From: an uncultured Gemmatimonadales bacterium | Lineage (GTDB): Bacteria; Gemmatimonadota; Gemmatimonadetes; Gemmatimonadales; GWC2-71-9 | DNA: 64,000 nucleotides | Direction of reading: 5' to 3' | NCBI GenBank assembly: GCA_963748815.1 | Contig: CAVVKJ010000009.1 | Span: 32,001-96,000 of the forward strand | Shown: positions 42,101-53,073 of the stretch, piece after piece | How positions within the stretch are numbered: position 1 is the first letter of the stretch | Layout: every line of letters starts with the position of its first letter | Made by a program: the position numbers and the translations under genes | Notes under the pieces: generated by a model | Databases searched by the model: none | Told to the model about the DNA's origin: nothing | The model's input: the letters and a program-made list of their open reading frames with translations, nothing else

Positions 42101-44614
42101 TCAGAAGAAGCAGCAGACGTAGACCACCTGGATCGAGGCGTCCACGGTTGTGACCCCATCCGAGACCCGCACCTGGAGTACCGCCGATCCGCCATCCGTC
42201 ACATTGCCGCTGATGACGCCATCCGGTGACATCGTCGACCCCACGGGCAGGACCCCCGAGAGCAGGGTCCAGACATAGGGGGGCCCTCTCCCTCCCGACG
42301 CCTGGAGCGCGGCGGTCATCGGGATGAACGGAGTGAATCGTTTGTCCGGCAGGCTCACGGTGATGGACGTCGTGACGACCCGCAGGGTGTCCCCGAGAAT
42401 CCGCAGCTCGAGCGTCGTGGCGTCGGTGAGGGCGCCGTCCGTGACACTGATGTTGAGCGAGACCGTGTCCGTGCCAATGGGCGTCCCGGAGATCAGGCCC
42501 GACGGGGTGACCTGCAGACCGTTCGGCAGTCCTCCGCTCACGGTCCACGTCAGAGTCTCGGGTGCAAGCGTCGCCATGAGTTGCACGCCGTACGGGACGC
42601 CCACGCGACCGTCGGGGAGCACCGTGGTGAGGATTTCCAGGGATTGTCCATTCGGGAGCACCTGAACCGAGAGCACCTGCTGCGCTGAATCCGTCCCGCT
42701 CCTGACCTGGACCGTGAAGGTCGAAGGACCGGCGAACGAAGGAGTCCCCGAAATCACTCCCGTCGTGGCCGCCAGCGACAGGCCTGACGGCAACGCTCCC
42801 GAAACGACGCTCCAGTTGTATGAACCGGTGGAGCCTTCTGCCGTCAACGCCTGGGAGTACGGTTCGCCGACCATCCCATCGGGAAGCGTGGTGGTGGTGA
42901 TCCTGACGGTCTCGGCGAGGCGAACCTCGAACCGCAAGGGCTCGGAATGCCCAGTCAAATTGAATTCGCTGCCACAGAAATCACCTGTCCGCTGCAACTC
43001 GACGATGACGTACACGATTTCCCCCGGGGAGACCTCAGCAATGCTCCGCAGCTCCGCCCCCTGGATCAGGATCGGTTGGGGCAGGTACGTCCCGGGGCCG
43101 GCAGGCCTGGTGGCAACGGTTGCCGGCGCGTGCCCACCACTCAAGACCCGAACCTGCAGGTCGCCACCGTCACCGCCATCGGCGCTACACGCGAGCGCGC
43201 GCGCCGGCCCGGTCAGTTCGAGAACCTGTTGCGCGCCGAGCGTGAGCGTGTCCAGCACCCGGGGGCCGGGCAGCGTGCCCCCGCCGAGCGAATCGGCGCG
43301 GCGCGCCGTCCCCCCGGCATCCAGGAGACGCCACCTCACGCCGAGGCCACAGAGTTGCGCATCACTCTGGATGTCCGCCAACGAGTACGGGCTCGCGGCC
43401 TCGGCATCGATGTAGGCGATCTCGGTGGCCACCAGCAGCCGGTGCATCTGCTGCGCGCCCGTCGCCGAGCAGGTGGCGTAGGCGATGTTCCGGAGCCGAA
43501 CGAACTGGCCCGAGACGAAGGTGGTCACGGTCACATCGAAGGGTTCGAGCTGCTGATTGAACCGGAAATTGGCCGTCAGTTTGAGGAGCTGAAGGAGCCG
43601 GTCCCGGATTATGCCCCGGAACCCCGCACTGTCGGCCACATTGAAGAGACTGATCTCCTCCTCGATCAACGGCAGGAAGGCGGTCAGCTTGTCCCCGATG
43701 GCCTGCGCCGGGTCGGTCAGTGGCTCGGGACAGCCTGCTTGCTGCAGCTCGTGGGCGGCCGTGGTGAAGCCGATCGCCGTCTCCCCCCAGCGAAGCACCT
43801 GGCGGATGCGCTCCGAGAGCCCCGGTACGCCGCCGGCGTCCGCATACGTCTCGAGGTCGCTCAACGCGAAGGAATACTGACCGCAGACCACGCGTCGCAT
43901 TTCCGACATGGCCGGCGGGATGTTCGCGTCGGCGGTGGCGACGGATCCGTAGGCGACGACCAGGCTCTGCAGCACCGAGAGAAACGCCTCGGCATTCTGG
44001 AAGCTGCCGGTGGTCTTCAGTGAGTCCGCGATGACCAGGAGCGCCGCCAGAAGATCGAGGTAGTCCTGCGAGACCACCGCGCCAGACCCCCCACCGGCAA
44101 ACGAGGACGAGGGCGAGGGGCCCCGTGCCGAAACCGGGCCGGCCCCGGATGCCCACCCCAGGTGCCGGAGGATGGTCGTGACCCTCCGACCTGAGATATC
44201 CACGAGGCTGGGCGACGGCACCGCGACGGGGCCGAGGTCGAACGTCAATGTTGCCCTCCCGTCGATCGTGACATCGGAGCCAAGCGTCGCGGAAAAGGTC
44301 ACCGGCCCGAAGAACTCGAGGCCCGCGGGGGAAAAGGTGAAGGCGGCGTACTCCCCCGCCACCGGCTCCACCGGCGAGATGGTGATGGCCACCGAGTCGG
44401 AGAGCGCACCCGCAGGGATCGAGAGCACCAGCGTCCCCCCACCCGCCAGCGCGGCCGTGACCTCGCCGCCAGCCGCGCCCACCACGGCCGTGCCGGGCGT
44501 CCCCGGCGATCCCGGGACGCCCGGCCCATCGGGTCCGGCGGAATCCGAACAGGCGCCAGCCCACACCATCGTCAGTAGCACGAGTGCGGCGCGTGCCCAT
44601 GGATGCCTCGTCAT
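42101..44614 (-). CDS. Lipoprotein with ZU5-like N-domain, helical middle region and three putative Ig (He_PIG-like) repeats
   Basis: Lipobox WAGAC. VGAAGGEV...LSIPAGAL...PAGLEF. Repeats of ITTTTLPDG.VG.PY...W....G.LP.GL......G.ISGTP. Confidence 0.8.
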   Translation of the reverse strand: MTRHPWARAALVLLTMVWAGACSDSAGPDGPGVPGSPGTPGTAVVGAAGGEVTAALAGGGTLVLSIPAGALSDSVAITISPVEPVAGEYAAFTFSPAGLEFFGPVTFSATLGSDVTIDGRATLTFDLGPVAVPSPSLVDISGRRVTTILRHLGWASGAGPVSARGPSPSSSFAGGGSGAVVSQDYLDLLAALLVIADSLKTTGSFQNAEAFLSVLQSLVVAYGSVATADANIPPAMSEMRRVVCGQYSFALSDLETYADAGGVPGLSERIRQVLRWGETAIGFTTAAHELQQAGCPEPLTDPAQAIGDKLTAFLPLIEEEISLFNVADSAGFRGIIRDRLLQLLKLTANFRFNQQLEPFDVTVTTFVSGQFVRLRNIAYATCSATGAQQMHRLLVATEIAYIDAEAASPYSLADIQSDAQLCGLGVRWRLLDAGGTARRADSLGGGTLPGPRVLDTLTLGAQQVLELTGPARALACSADGGDGGDLQVRVLSGGHAPATVATRPAGPGTYLPQPILIQGAELRSIAEVSPGEIVYVIVELQRTGDFCGSEFNLTGHSEPLRFEVRLAETVRITTTTLPDGMVGEPYSQALTAEGSTGSYNWSVVSGALPSGLSLAATTGVISGTPSFAGPSTFTVQVRSGTDSAQQVLSVQVLPNGQSLEILTTVLPDGRVGVPYGVQLMATLAPETLTWTVSGGLPNGLQVTPSGLISGTPIGTDTVSLNISVTDGALTDATTLELRILGDTLRVVTTSITVSLPDKRFTPFIPMTAALQASGGRGPPYVWTLLSGVLPVGSTMSPDGVISGNVTDGGSAVLQVRVSDGVTTVDASIQVVYVCCFF

Positions 44615-44808
44615 TCGGTCCCCCCGGGGATTCGATCGGGTGATTGACAGATGTAGCGCGCCAACTCGAGCGCGCTGTCGAACTCCAGTTTCTCACCGCT
44701 CCCAAGCCGCTCCACGACGCCTGCCAGTCCTAGGCTCGAGCCCCGCCCCGACCAGTGCACCCGGACGACGAAATAGCCGAAGCGACCTGGGAGAAGAGGA
44801 GTTGCCAT
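44611..44808 (-). CDS. Small hypothetical protein (65 aa)
   Basis: GGAGG then ATG 44808. YFVVRV...LAGVVERLGSGEKLEFDSALELARYI. ATGA overlap with the Ig lipoprotein. Confidence 0.6.
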   Translation of the reverse strand: MATPLLPGRFGYFVVRVHWSGRGSSLGLAGVVERLGSGEKLEFDSALELARYICQSPDRIPGGTE

Positions 44809-44934
44809 CTCGCGGCCTCCAGCACGAATGAGGACACCTGGGAGGGCTAGCCGAACCGGCCGATGGCGCACATTATAAAGATGGATCGTCAACGGGCCGT
44901 GAGGCCGCGTCAAATGGCGCAAGGATATGGGCTT

Positions 44935-47900
44935 ATGGACGACGCACCTCGCCTCCTCACCCTCGGCCCAGTCCGGCTCGAGGGCCCCGGGGGGCCTCTC
45001 CTGGCGCGCCGGCGGAAGGAGCTCACACTCCTCACCTATCTCGCTCGGCGCCCCAACCAGACCTCCGATCGGATCACGCTGGCCACCTTGTTCTGGGGTG
45101 AGCGTGACGAGCGCCGTGCGCGCCAATCCCTCCGGCAGGCGCTCCTCGTCCTTCGTCAGGGACTCGGCGACGCGGTCGAAGTGAACGGAGAGCTGGTTCG
45201 GCTCCGTCCGGGTGCCCTCGAGGTTGACGCCTCCGCATTCGAGGCCGACGTCGCCGCTGGTCGGCTGGAGGATGCGCTCCGTCGGTGGGGCGGGGAATTT
45301 CTTCTCGGGCAGGAGGACGCCGGCACCGAGGTGTTCCGGGAGTGGGTGGAGGCGGAGCGAAGTGGCTTGCACCATGTATTCGCCGCGGCGAGTGCACGGT
45401 CGATCCAGCTGTGGCAGGAGCGGGGCGACGCGGCTGGGGCCCTCGAGGCCGCCGAGCGGTGGTGCCGCCTGAGTCCCGGCAGCGAGGACGCAGTGCGCAC
45501 ACACATGGAACTGGTCCGGGCACGTGGCAGGAATCAGGGCGAGCGAGATCTCCCCTCGGTCGGCGCGGCCGGGCTGCTGACGCCGGACCTGGTCGGACGC
45601 ACCGAGACGTTCGCGAGCCTCACGGCCGCCTGGACGCTCGCACGGGAGGGCACTGGAGTCGTGGTGCTCGTGGAGGGCGCCTCCGGATCCGGGAAGAGCC
45701 GCCTGCTCTCCGAACTCCGGCGGTTGGTGTCCGGTCGGGCTCCCCGGGCCGTCGTCGCCATGGCGCGGGGCTACGAATCCGAGCGCGAGCGCCCCTACAG
45801 CACCGCCCGATCACTCCTCGCGGCGCTGGCGAACGCCCCCGGTATCCTGGCGGTTCCACCAGATTCCCTGGGCGCCCTGTCATCCGTCTCCCCGGAGCTC
45901 AGGGAACGCATCACCGGATCCCCCGCCGCTTCGCCCCTTCCGCCGTTCGCTGACGCCTTCCACCGAGCCGTGCAGGAAGTTGCTGCCGAAGCCCCCTGCA
46001 TTCTCCTGTGCGACGATGCCGGGCTGGCGGACCCGCAATCGCAGGACGCGTTGGCTGGCCTGGTCAGACGGCCTCCGCCAGGGGTCATGCTGGTCCTGGC
46101 CGCCCGGGGAGAATCGCTCGAAGGAACGGCGCTCGCCCGAGATTTTCGTCAGGGTACCGAGGCGCTTCACCTGCGACTCGGACCGCTCGGCCTCGCGGAC
46201 GTCGAACGACTGATCACCTCGATGGTCCCCGTGTCACCCGACCTCCTCAGGCCACTTGCGAGCCAACTGCAGGCCGCCGCCGGCGGCAACCCCGGGCTGA
46301 TCGTCAGCCTGGTGGGGCTCCTCGCCGACGAAGGCACCCTGCGTCCGGACGCCCGGGGGGTATGGGAACTCACGGCCTCCGTCACCGCCGAGACGCTCCC
46401 GCTCCCGATGGACCTGCGGTCCGCGGTGGAAGTCCGCCGGACCCGGCTTCCCGATGGGGCGCGTCGACTTCTAGACGCAGCCGCCGTTTTGGGCTCCCCA
46501 TTTCGCGCCGAAGATGCGGAGGCCATCGGCGGCCTGGCACCGAGCGGCCTGGCATCGGGACTCGGCGCTCTGCTGTCACGGGGCTGGGTGCGCGAGGCGG
46601 GCGCGGGGACGCTTGAGTTCACCGGCGAGGGGAGTCGCCGAGTGGTGTACGACCTGATCTCACCTGCTGACCGCCGACGGATGCATCGTGCGGCCCATCG
46701 GAGGCTGCGCGAGGTCCCCCCACTCAGAGGCAGTGATGCCGCCCGGCTGGCGTTGCACCGGTCGCGGAGCCGCAGTCGCCTGACAGCGCCCGGGCCCCTC
46801 AGAATCGGCGCCGCCGCGCTGCTGGTGCTGGCGGCGCTCCTTGGCTGGTGGCGACGTCCCGAAGTGACACCGCAGCCGCACTCGGGCCTCATCGACCTAG
46901 CGGTAGAGCCGTTCACCGCTCCCTCCTCGGAGGCGGAAGCAGGGCTGGCGCAAGGCGTGGCCGAGCTGGTGACCCAGGCACTCAACGGCGCCGGGATAAT
47001 CCAACTCGCCGGCGGAGAGCGCAGTACCGCAACCGCGATCGTGCGAGGGCAGGTCTACGTGAACGGCGCCAGGTCGTGCTCACGGCAAGCCTGAGCAGCG
47101 CAGCAAATGGCGCCGTCGTCGGTCGCGTCCGAGCCGTGGGACCACGCACGCGCATCGATTCACTCTCGGAACTCCTGGCGGCGAGACTCCTCGCGACAGC
47201 CGCTCAGCTTGACGGCGACCGCCCGGGTGGCAAACGCGAGCCCGGCTCGGAATCGCTGGTTGCGCTGAAGGCCTACCTCAGAGGGGAGCGGCTCTACCGT
47301 GCAGGGATGCTAGCTCCGGCGCTGGACCAGATGACCGACGCGGTCCGTGCGGACAGCCAATTCGCCCGCGCCTGGTTCCGGCGGGCCCAGCTCGCCGATT
47401 GGATGCAGCTTCCGGACTCCGCGCTGCTCTCCATCCGGCGGGCGCGATCGCTCAGCGAGCGCGTCAGCGCACTCGAGCGCCGGCTGTACCCGGGGATCGA
47501 AGCGTACCTCCTCGGCGAGTTCGAGGAGAGCGAAGCGCTCTTGCGCCAAGCACTCGGTATCATGTCGGCTGACCCTGATGCGCGCGTGGCGCTCGGCGAA
47601 ACTCTTCTGCACGGCAATTGGACCCGCGGGCGGTCCATGATCAGAGCGGATGCCGAATTTCGGGAGGCACTCCGCCTCAGGCCAACCGAACCGACCGCGC
47701 GCCGTCACGCGGGGGACCTCGCCTATCGACAGGGCGACACCGTCCGCGGCGACTCGATTTTCGGGGTGGTGTTCTCCCAGATGCGACAATGGCCGCCACG
47801 GAGCATGACCCACCTCTCGGCCCTCCAAGCGTTCTCCACGAGGGACACGGCCAGACAGTCGCGCGTCCTCGACACCCTGCGCACGAGTGGGGAGCGGCTC

Positions 47901-48677
47901 GTGGTCATGGCCGTCTGGGTAGTCTCCCTCTACAATCCCGTGCCCGCCGATATCCGCCCACTCGCCGCCCTGTTGACGGCCCCCGATCGCCCCGTGTCCT
48001 CCAGCGCGCTTGGACACCGCACGCTGGCATACCTTGCCCTCGCCGAGGATGACTTCGCAAGCGCGGACCGCCACCTGAAATTGGCCGACAGCCTGGACCC
48101 CGAGGAAGCCCTGGTTCTCGAGGGATACCTCCGACTCACTGGCCGCCTCGGGACTGGCTCGGATGCCTCGCGCACAATCCTTGAACGGCTCCAAATCTGG
48201 TCGCCGGAAGGCGCAGCGCCGTCGGAACGCGTCGTTCCCGAAACGGTGCACCCGATCATCGCCCCGTCCGCCCGGAGCTACCTGCTGGCGCTCGCCGCCC
48301 TGGAGCAAGGCGACATGGCGGCAGTCGAGGCAGCGGCCCGACGACTGGAACTGGCTCGGCCCCTACTCCGCGGGCTTGAGCCCAGCCTGGCCGCCAGCCT
48401 GCGGGCCCGCGCGGCGCTCGCTCGCGGCGACACGGCACGCGCCCTCGCCTTGCTTGAGCCTTCGTGGCTCGGCATCCAATTCGAGCCGGGCCGCGCATCG
48501 CCGATTGTGTCGCGTCCCGCTGATCGCATCCTGATGGGCAACCTCCTTGCGCGGACCGGAAATCCGGAAGGGGCCCGGGGCTGGTATGCCACAATCTCCG
48601 AGCTTAGCCCGTGGGACCTGGCTTGGCTTCCGGAGGCCCAGCGGGGTCTCGCGGCGCTTGAGGACTCCGCACGTTAG
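44935..48677 (+). CDS. SARP/BTAD regulator fused to P-loop NTPase, TM helix, TolB-N-like and TPR region; frameshift near 47070
   Basis: LTLGPVRL...LATLFW...ARQSLRQAL, FREWVEAER, Walker A GASGSGKS, Walker B LLCDDA, GGNPG, TM IGAAALLVLAALLGWW, LAVEPF, SLVALKAYLRGE TPR-like repeats. Confidence 0.8.
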
Positions 48678-48708
48678 ATTTCTACTTCACTCATCGCTCA
48701 GGTGCTCG

Positions 48709-49101
48709 ATGCCCAACCCCGAAGGCCGCTCCCTCCCGTTCACCGGCCCCGAGCACGTCGACGTCGCCGTGCTCGAGACCTTCCCGTACGAGGGACCCGA
48801 GCAGGAAATCGTCACCACCACCGACGAGTTCAGCGCCGTCTGCCCCTACAGCGGGCTCCCCGACTTCGCGACGCTGACCATCCGGTACGTGCCGAACGGC
48901 TCCTGCATCGAGCTCAAGAGTCTCAAGTACTACGTCACGAGCTATCGCAGCGTGGGCATCTACCAGGAGCACGCCACGGCGAAGATCGCCGAGGACCTCT
49001 ACACGGTGCTCACGCCCGAGACGCTCACGGTCGAGACGATCTACAACGTCCGGGGCGGGTTCCTCACCACCTGCAGCGTGACCCTCCCGACGCACGACTG
49101 A
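48709..49101 (+). CDS. queF: NADPH-dependent preQ0 reductase (short unimodular type)
   Basis: EFSAVCPYSGLPDF, ELKSLKYY, GIYQEH, VRGG. Confidence 0.92.
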   Translation: MPNPEGRSLPFTGPEHVDVAVLETFPYEGPEQEIVTTTDEFSAVCPYSGLPDFATLTIRYVPNGSCIELKSLKYYVTSYRSVGIYQEHATAKIAEDLYTVLTPETLTVETIYNVRGGFLTTCSVTLPTHD

Positions 49102-49122
49102 CGGCGGAATGGCCGGAATGCG

Positions 49123-49161
49123 GAAGAGCGGGGCGGGGAGAAATTCCCCGCCCCGCTCTTC
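49123..49161. terminator. Bidirectional terminator-like hairpin
   Basis: 17-bp perfect stem GAAGAGCGGGGCGGGGA / TCCCCGCCCCGCTCTTC between convergent genes. Confidence 0.75.
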
Positions 49162-49182
49162 GTCTTTCGACCTGCTGGACCG

Positions 49183-50703
49183 CTACTTCTTGGCCAACCC
49201 CGGGCTCGGCGGCAGCACCGTGCGCGGCGTCACCTCGCGGACCGGCCCGCGCGGCAGCAAGACCGGCAGGTTGGCCAGTTCGAACGCCGTCACCGCCATC
49301 ACCGCCGAGGCCTGGCGCAGGTCGCTCGGCACCGCGTGGTCGTAGGTGTCGATCTGTGAGTGGTGGGTGTGGTTATACCCGCGGGATTCCTGGTCGAAGT
49401 TCCAGCCGGGCACGCCGTAGGGAATGAACGAGAGGTGGTCGGTCCCCCCCTTGTTCCCCTCGCGCACCTTCCCCGCACCGAGCGCGGCGACGGGCGCCAG
49501 CAGGTCGGTCCAGAGTTGTGCATCCTGGTTGCGACCCTGCAGCGCCATGCCGGTGATCATGCCGGTCCCGTTGTCGAGCACCAGCACCGCCTGGATCTTG
49601 TCCATCTCCCCCGCGTGCTGCGCGGCGTACGCCGCCGACCCGAGCAGTCCTTCCTCCTCACCGCTGAAGAGGATGAACCGGATGGTCCGCTTCGGCTTGA
49701 GCCCGCTCGCCTTGATGACCCGGGCCGCCTCCATCACGACCATCGAACCGGTGGCGTTGTCGGTGGTCCCGGTGCCGAGATCCCAGCTGTCGAGGTGGGC
49801 GCCGAGGATGACGACTTCGTCCGGCCATTCCGTCCCCTTGATCTCGCCGATGGTGTTCCACTGGGTGACCGGCTTGGTGCCGAGCGTGTTGTCGACCCGT
49901 CCGGAAACCCTCGGCGTGACCCCGTGCTCCAGCAGCCGGGAGAACTGGGCGTAGTCCTCGTGCGCGATGACCACGTTGGGCAGCGGCGACACGCTGTAGG
50001 GCGAGCCCGACATGTTCATCAGGCCGAATTCCTTCCCCGCGTCGGTCAGGACGCCGAGGGCGCCGGCGTTCTTGAGCAGGTAGTTGCGGTCCACCGCGAA
50101 CTGGCGCCGGGCCTGGCGCGCCGCCGCGGAGGTATCAGCCGGTGCGGCCCGGAAGGCGGCCATGCGCGCCTCCCGTTCCGCCTGCGCGGCGGCCGAGTCG
50201 GCGGCGGTCATCGGCGGGCCGTCCGGATTCCAGATGTCGGCGGCGGGCCGGAGCATGAGCCAGGCGCCCTTGATCCTGTCCTGGTAGACCGCCAGGCTCT
50301 CGGCCGTCGACACGTCGACCAGCACGACCGGCCCGGTGAGCGTCTTGCCGCCGGTGCCCGCGGTCCACGCCCAGCTGTGCGCCGTCAGGTTGCGGGGAAA
50401 GGGCGCCTCGATGCGGAACGCGATCGGCCCCCGCTCCCAGGTGACGCCGTACTCCCACGCCTCCTGCGTGGCCGTGAGGCCGTAGAGCTTGAACTGGGCC
50501 TCGGTCCAGTCGTTGGCCTGCTTCATCGCCGGCGAGCCGGTCAACCGGGGGCCGATGACGTCGGTCAGGAACTGCAGGGTGGTCATCACCTGGGACTTGT
50601 TCATCGCCTCGCCGATCAGGACGCCGGTGCCGGCGGTGTCCACCGTCTGCGCGGCGAGAGGCGTGCTGACGAGGGCGAGCAGGAGGAGCATCCGTCGTGT
50701 CAT
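49183..50703 (-). CDS. Secreted M28-family peptidase (carboxypeptidase Q-like)
   Basis: Signal peptide, IGPRLTGS, GAHLDSWD, DNATG, GEEEGLLGS, TDHLSF, HHSQID. Confidence 0.92.
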   Translation of the reverse strand: MTRRMLLLLALVSTPLAAQTVDTAGTGVLIGEAMNKSQVMTTLQFLTDVIGPRLTGSPAMKQANDWTEAQFKLYGLTATQEAWEYGVTWERGPIAFRIEAPFPRNLTAHSWAWTAGTGGKTLTGPVVLVDVSTAESLAVYQDRIKGAWLMLRPAADIWNPDGPPMTAADSAAAQAEREARMAAFRAAPADTSAAARQARRQFAVDRNYLLKNAGALGVLTDAGKEFGLMNMSGSPYSVSPLPNVVIAHEDYAQFSRLLEHGVTPRVSGRVDNTLGTKPVTQWNTIGEIKGTEWPDEVVILGAHLDSWDLGTGTTDNATGSMVVMEAARVIKASGLKPKRTIRFILFSGEEEGLLGSAAYAAQHAGEMDKIQAVLVLDNGTGMITGMALQGRNQDAQLWTDLLAPVAALGAGKVREGNKGGTDHLSFIPYGVPGWNFDQESRGYNHTHHSQIDTYDHAVPSDLRQASAVMAVTAFELANLPVLLPRGPVREVTPRTVLPPSPGLAKK

Positions 50704-50785
50704 CGGTCGAAACCTTCCGTTGGGAGACAGAGGTCAGGGGAAGCGTGAGATATATCGCGTGGGGGCCCGGAACGCGAGGGGACGG

Positions 50786-51691
50786 TCAGCCTTCCCCGAC
50801 CAGGCTGGTCGCGATGGCCCGGAGCCGGTCCACCTCGGGGAGGGCCGCAATCCACCGTTCGGGAATCGCCGCCTCGCCGTCCCGGGCGCCCAGGAGGCCG
50901 CCGGCCACGGCGGCGTTGGTGTCGGTATCGCCCCCGGCGTTGGCCAGCCAGATGAGGGCCGATTCGAGCTTCGGCTCGTGCCACGCCGCCCAGAGCGCGA
51001 TCTCCACGCAGCTGACGGCATCCCCGGCCCGGTCGCCGAGAATCGGCAGCTCCTCCCGCCGCTCGAGCGGCACGCGCCGGACGGCGGCCAGCAATTCGGG
51101 CGGTGCCTCGTTGACGCGCAGCACCTCGATCACGTCGGCGAGGAAGTCCCGCCGACCCGCCAGCAGCTCCGCGGCCGCGACGTTCACCGCCACCGCGCCC
51201 CAGGTGCAGCGGTCGTCGGGATGGGTGAGCGCCGCGGTGTGCCAGGTCCCGGCCACCAGATTGCGCGGGGAACCCCGCGTGGCGAGGGCGACGGGGAGGG
51301 CGCGCATCACCGCCCCGTTGGGCGCGCGCCCCCCGGTACCCGATGGGGGGGAGCCGTGGGTCCGGATGTGGTTGAGCGCGGTCCGGGTCCAGGTTCCGGC
51401 CCCCCGGCCATCGGCGTCGAGCCAGCCGATCCAGCGGTGGGCCAGGCGCTCGAGGTCGACCTCGCCGGCCAGGAGCTCCTCGGCGAGGAGGAGCGCCATG
51501 GCGACGTCATCGTCGAAGGGGCTGGCCGGCGTGTCCCGGCGCAGGATGTCGCGCACACCGCCGGGGAACTCCAGCAGGATTGCCTCGGGCCGCCCGAGCA
51601 ACTCGGTAGGCACACCAAGGGCGTTCCCCGCGGCGTGCCCGAGAAGGGCGCCCCGGGCGCGCTCGGCGATGGTGAGGGAGGCGGAAGGCAT
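50786..51691 (-). CDS. ADP-ribosylglycohydrolase-family protein
   Basis: GALLG.A.GNALG, DDD, NGAVMRALP, ALTH, GGDTDTNAAVAGGLLGA. Confidence 0.9.
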   Translation of the reverse strand: MPSASLTIAERARGALLGHAAGNALGVPTELLGRPEAILLEFPGGVRDILRRDTPASPFDDDVAMALLLAEELLAGEVDLERLAHRWIGWLDADGRGAGTWTRTALNHIRTHGSPPSGTGGRAPNGAVMRALPVALATRGSPRNLVAGTWHTAALTHPDDRCTWGAVAVNVAAAELLAGRRDFLADVIEVLRVNEAPPELLAAVRRVPLERREELPILGDRAGDAVSCVEIALWAAWHEPKLESALIWLANAGGDTDTNAAVAGGLLGARDGEAAIPERWIAALPEVDRLRAIATSLVGEG

Positions 51692-51783
51692 CGGCGCACA
51701 AACGTAACCGGCTTTGCCCCGGCCTGCCTCCCGGCTATTTTTCCCCCGTCACCGCAATGCCTTCTCACCATAAGGACCGCTCT

Positions 51784-53070
<1,287 letters not shown>

Positions 53071-53073
53071 GCG

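Noticed and set aside
48678..48708. preQ1 riboswitch upstream of queF
   Set aside because: Only about 30 nt of intergenic space, with no recognisable stem or A-rich tail.
50786..51691. ADP-ribosylglycohydrolase as toxin immunity or part of a defence system
   Set aside because: It sits among housekeeping genes with host-like codon usage and no adjacent ADP-ribosyltransferase.
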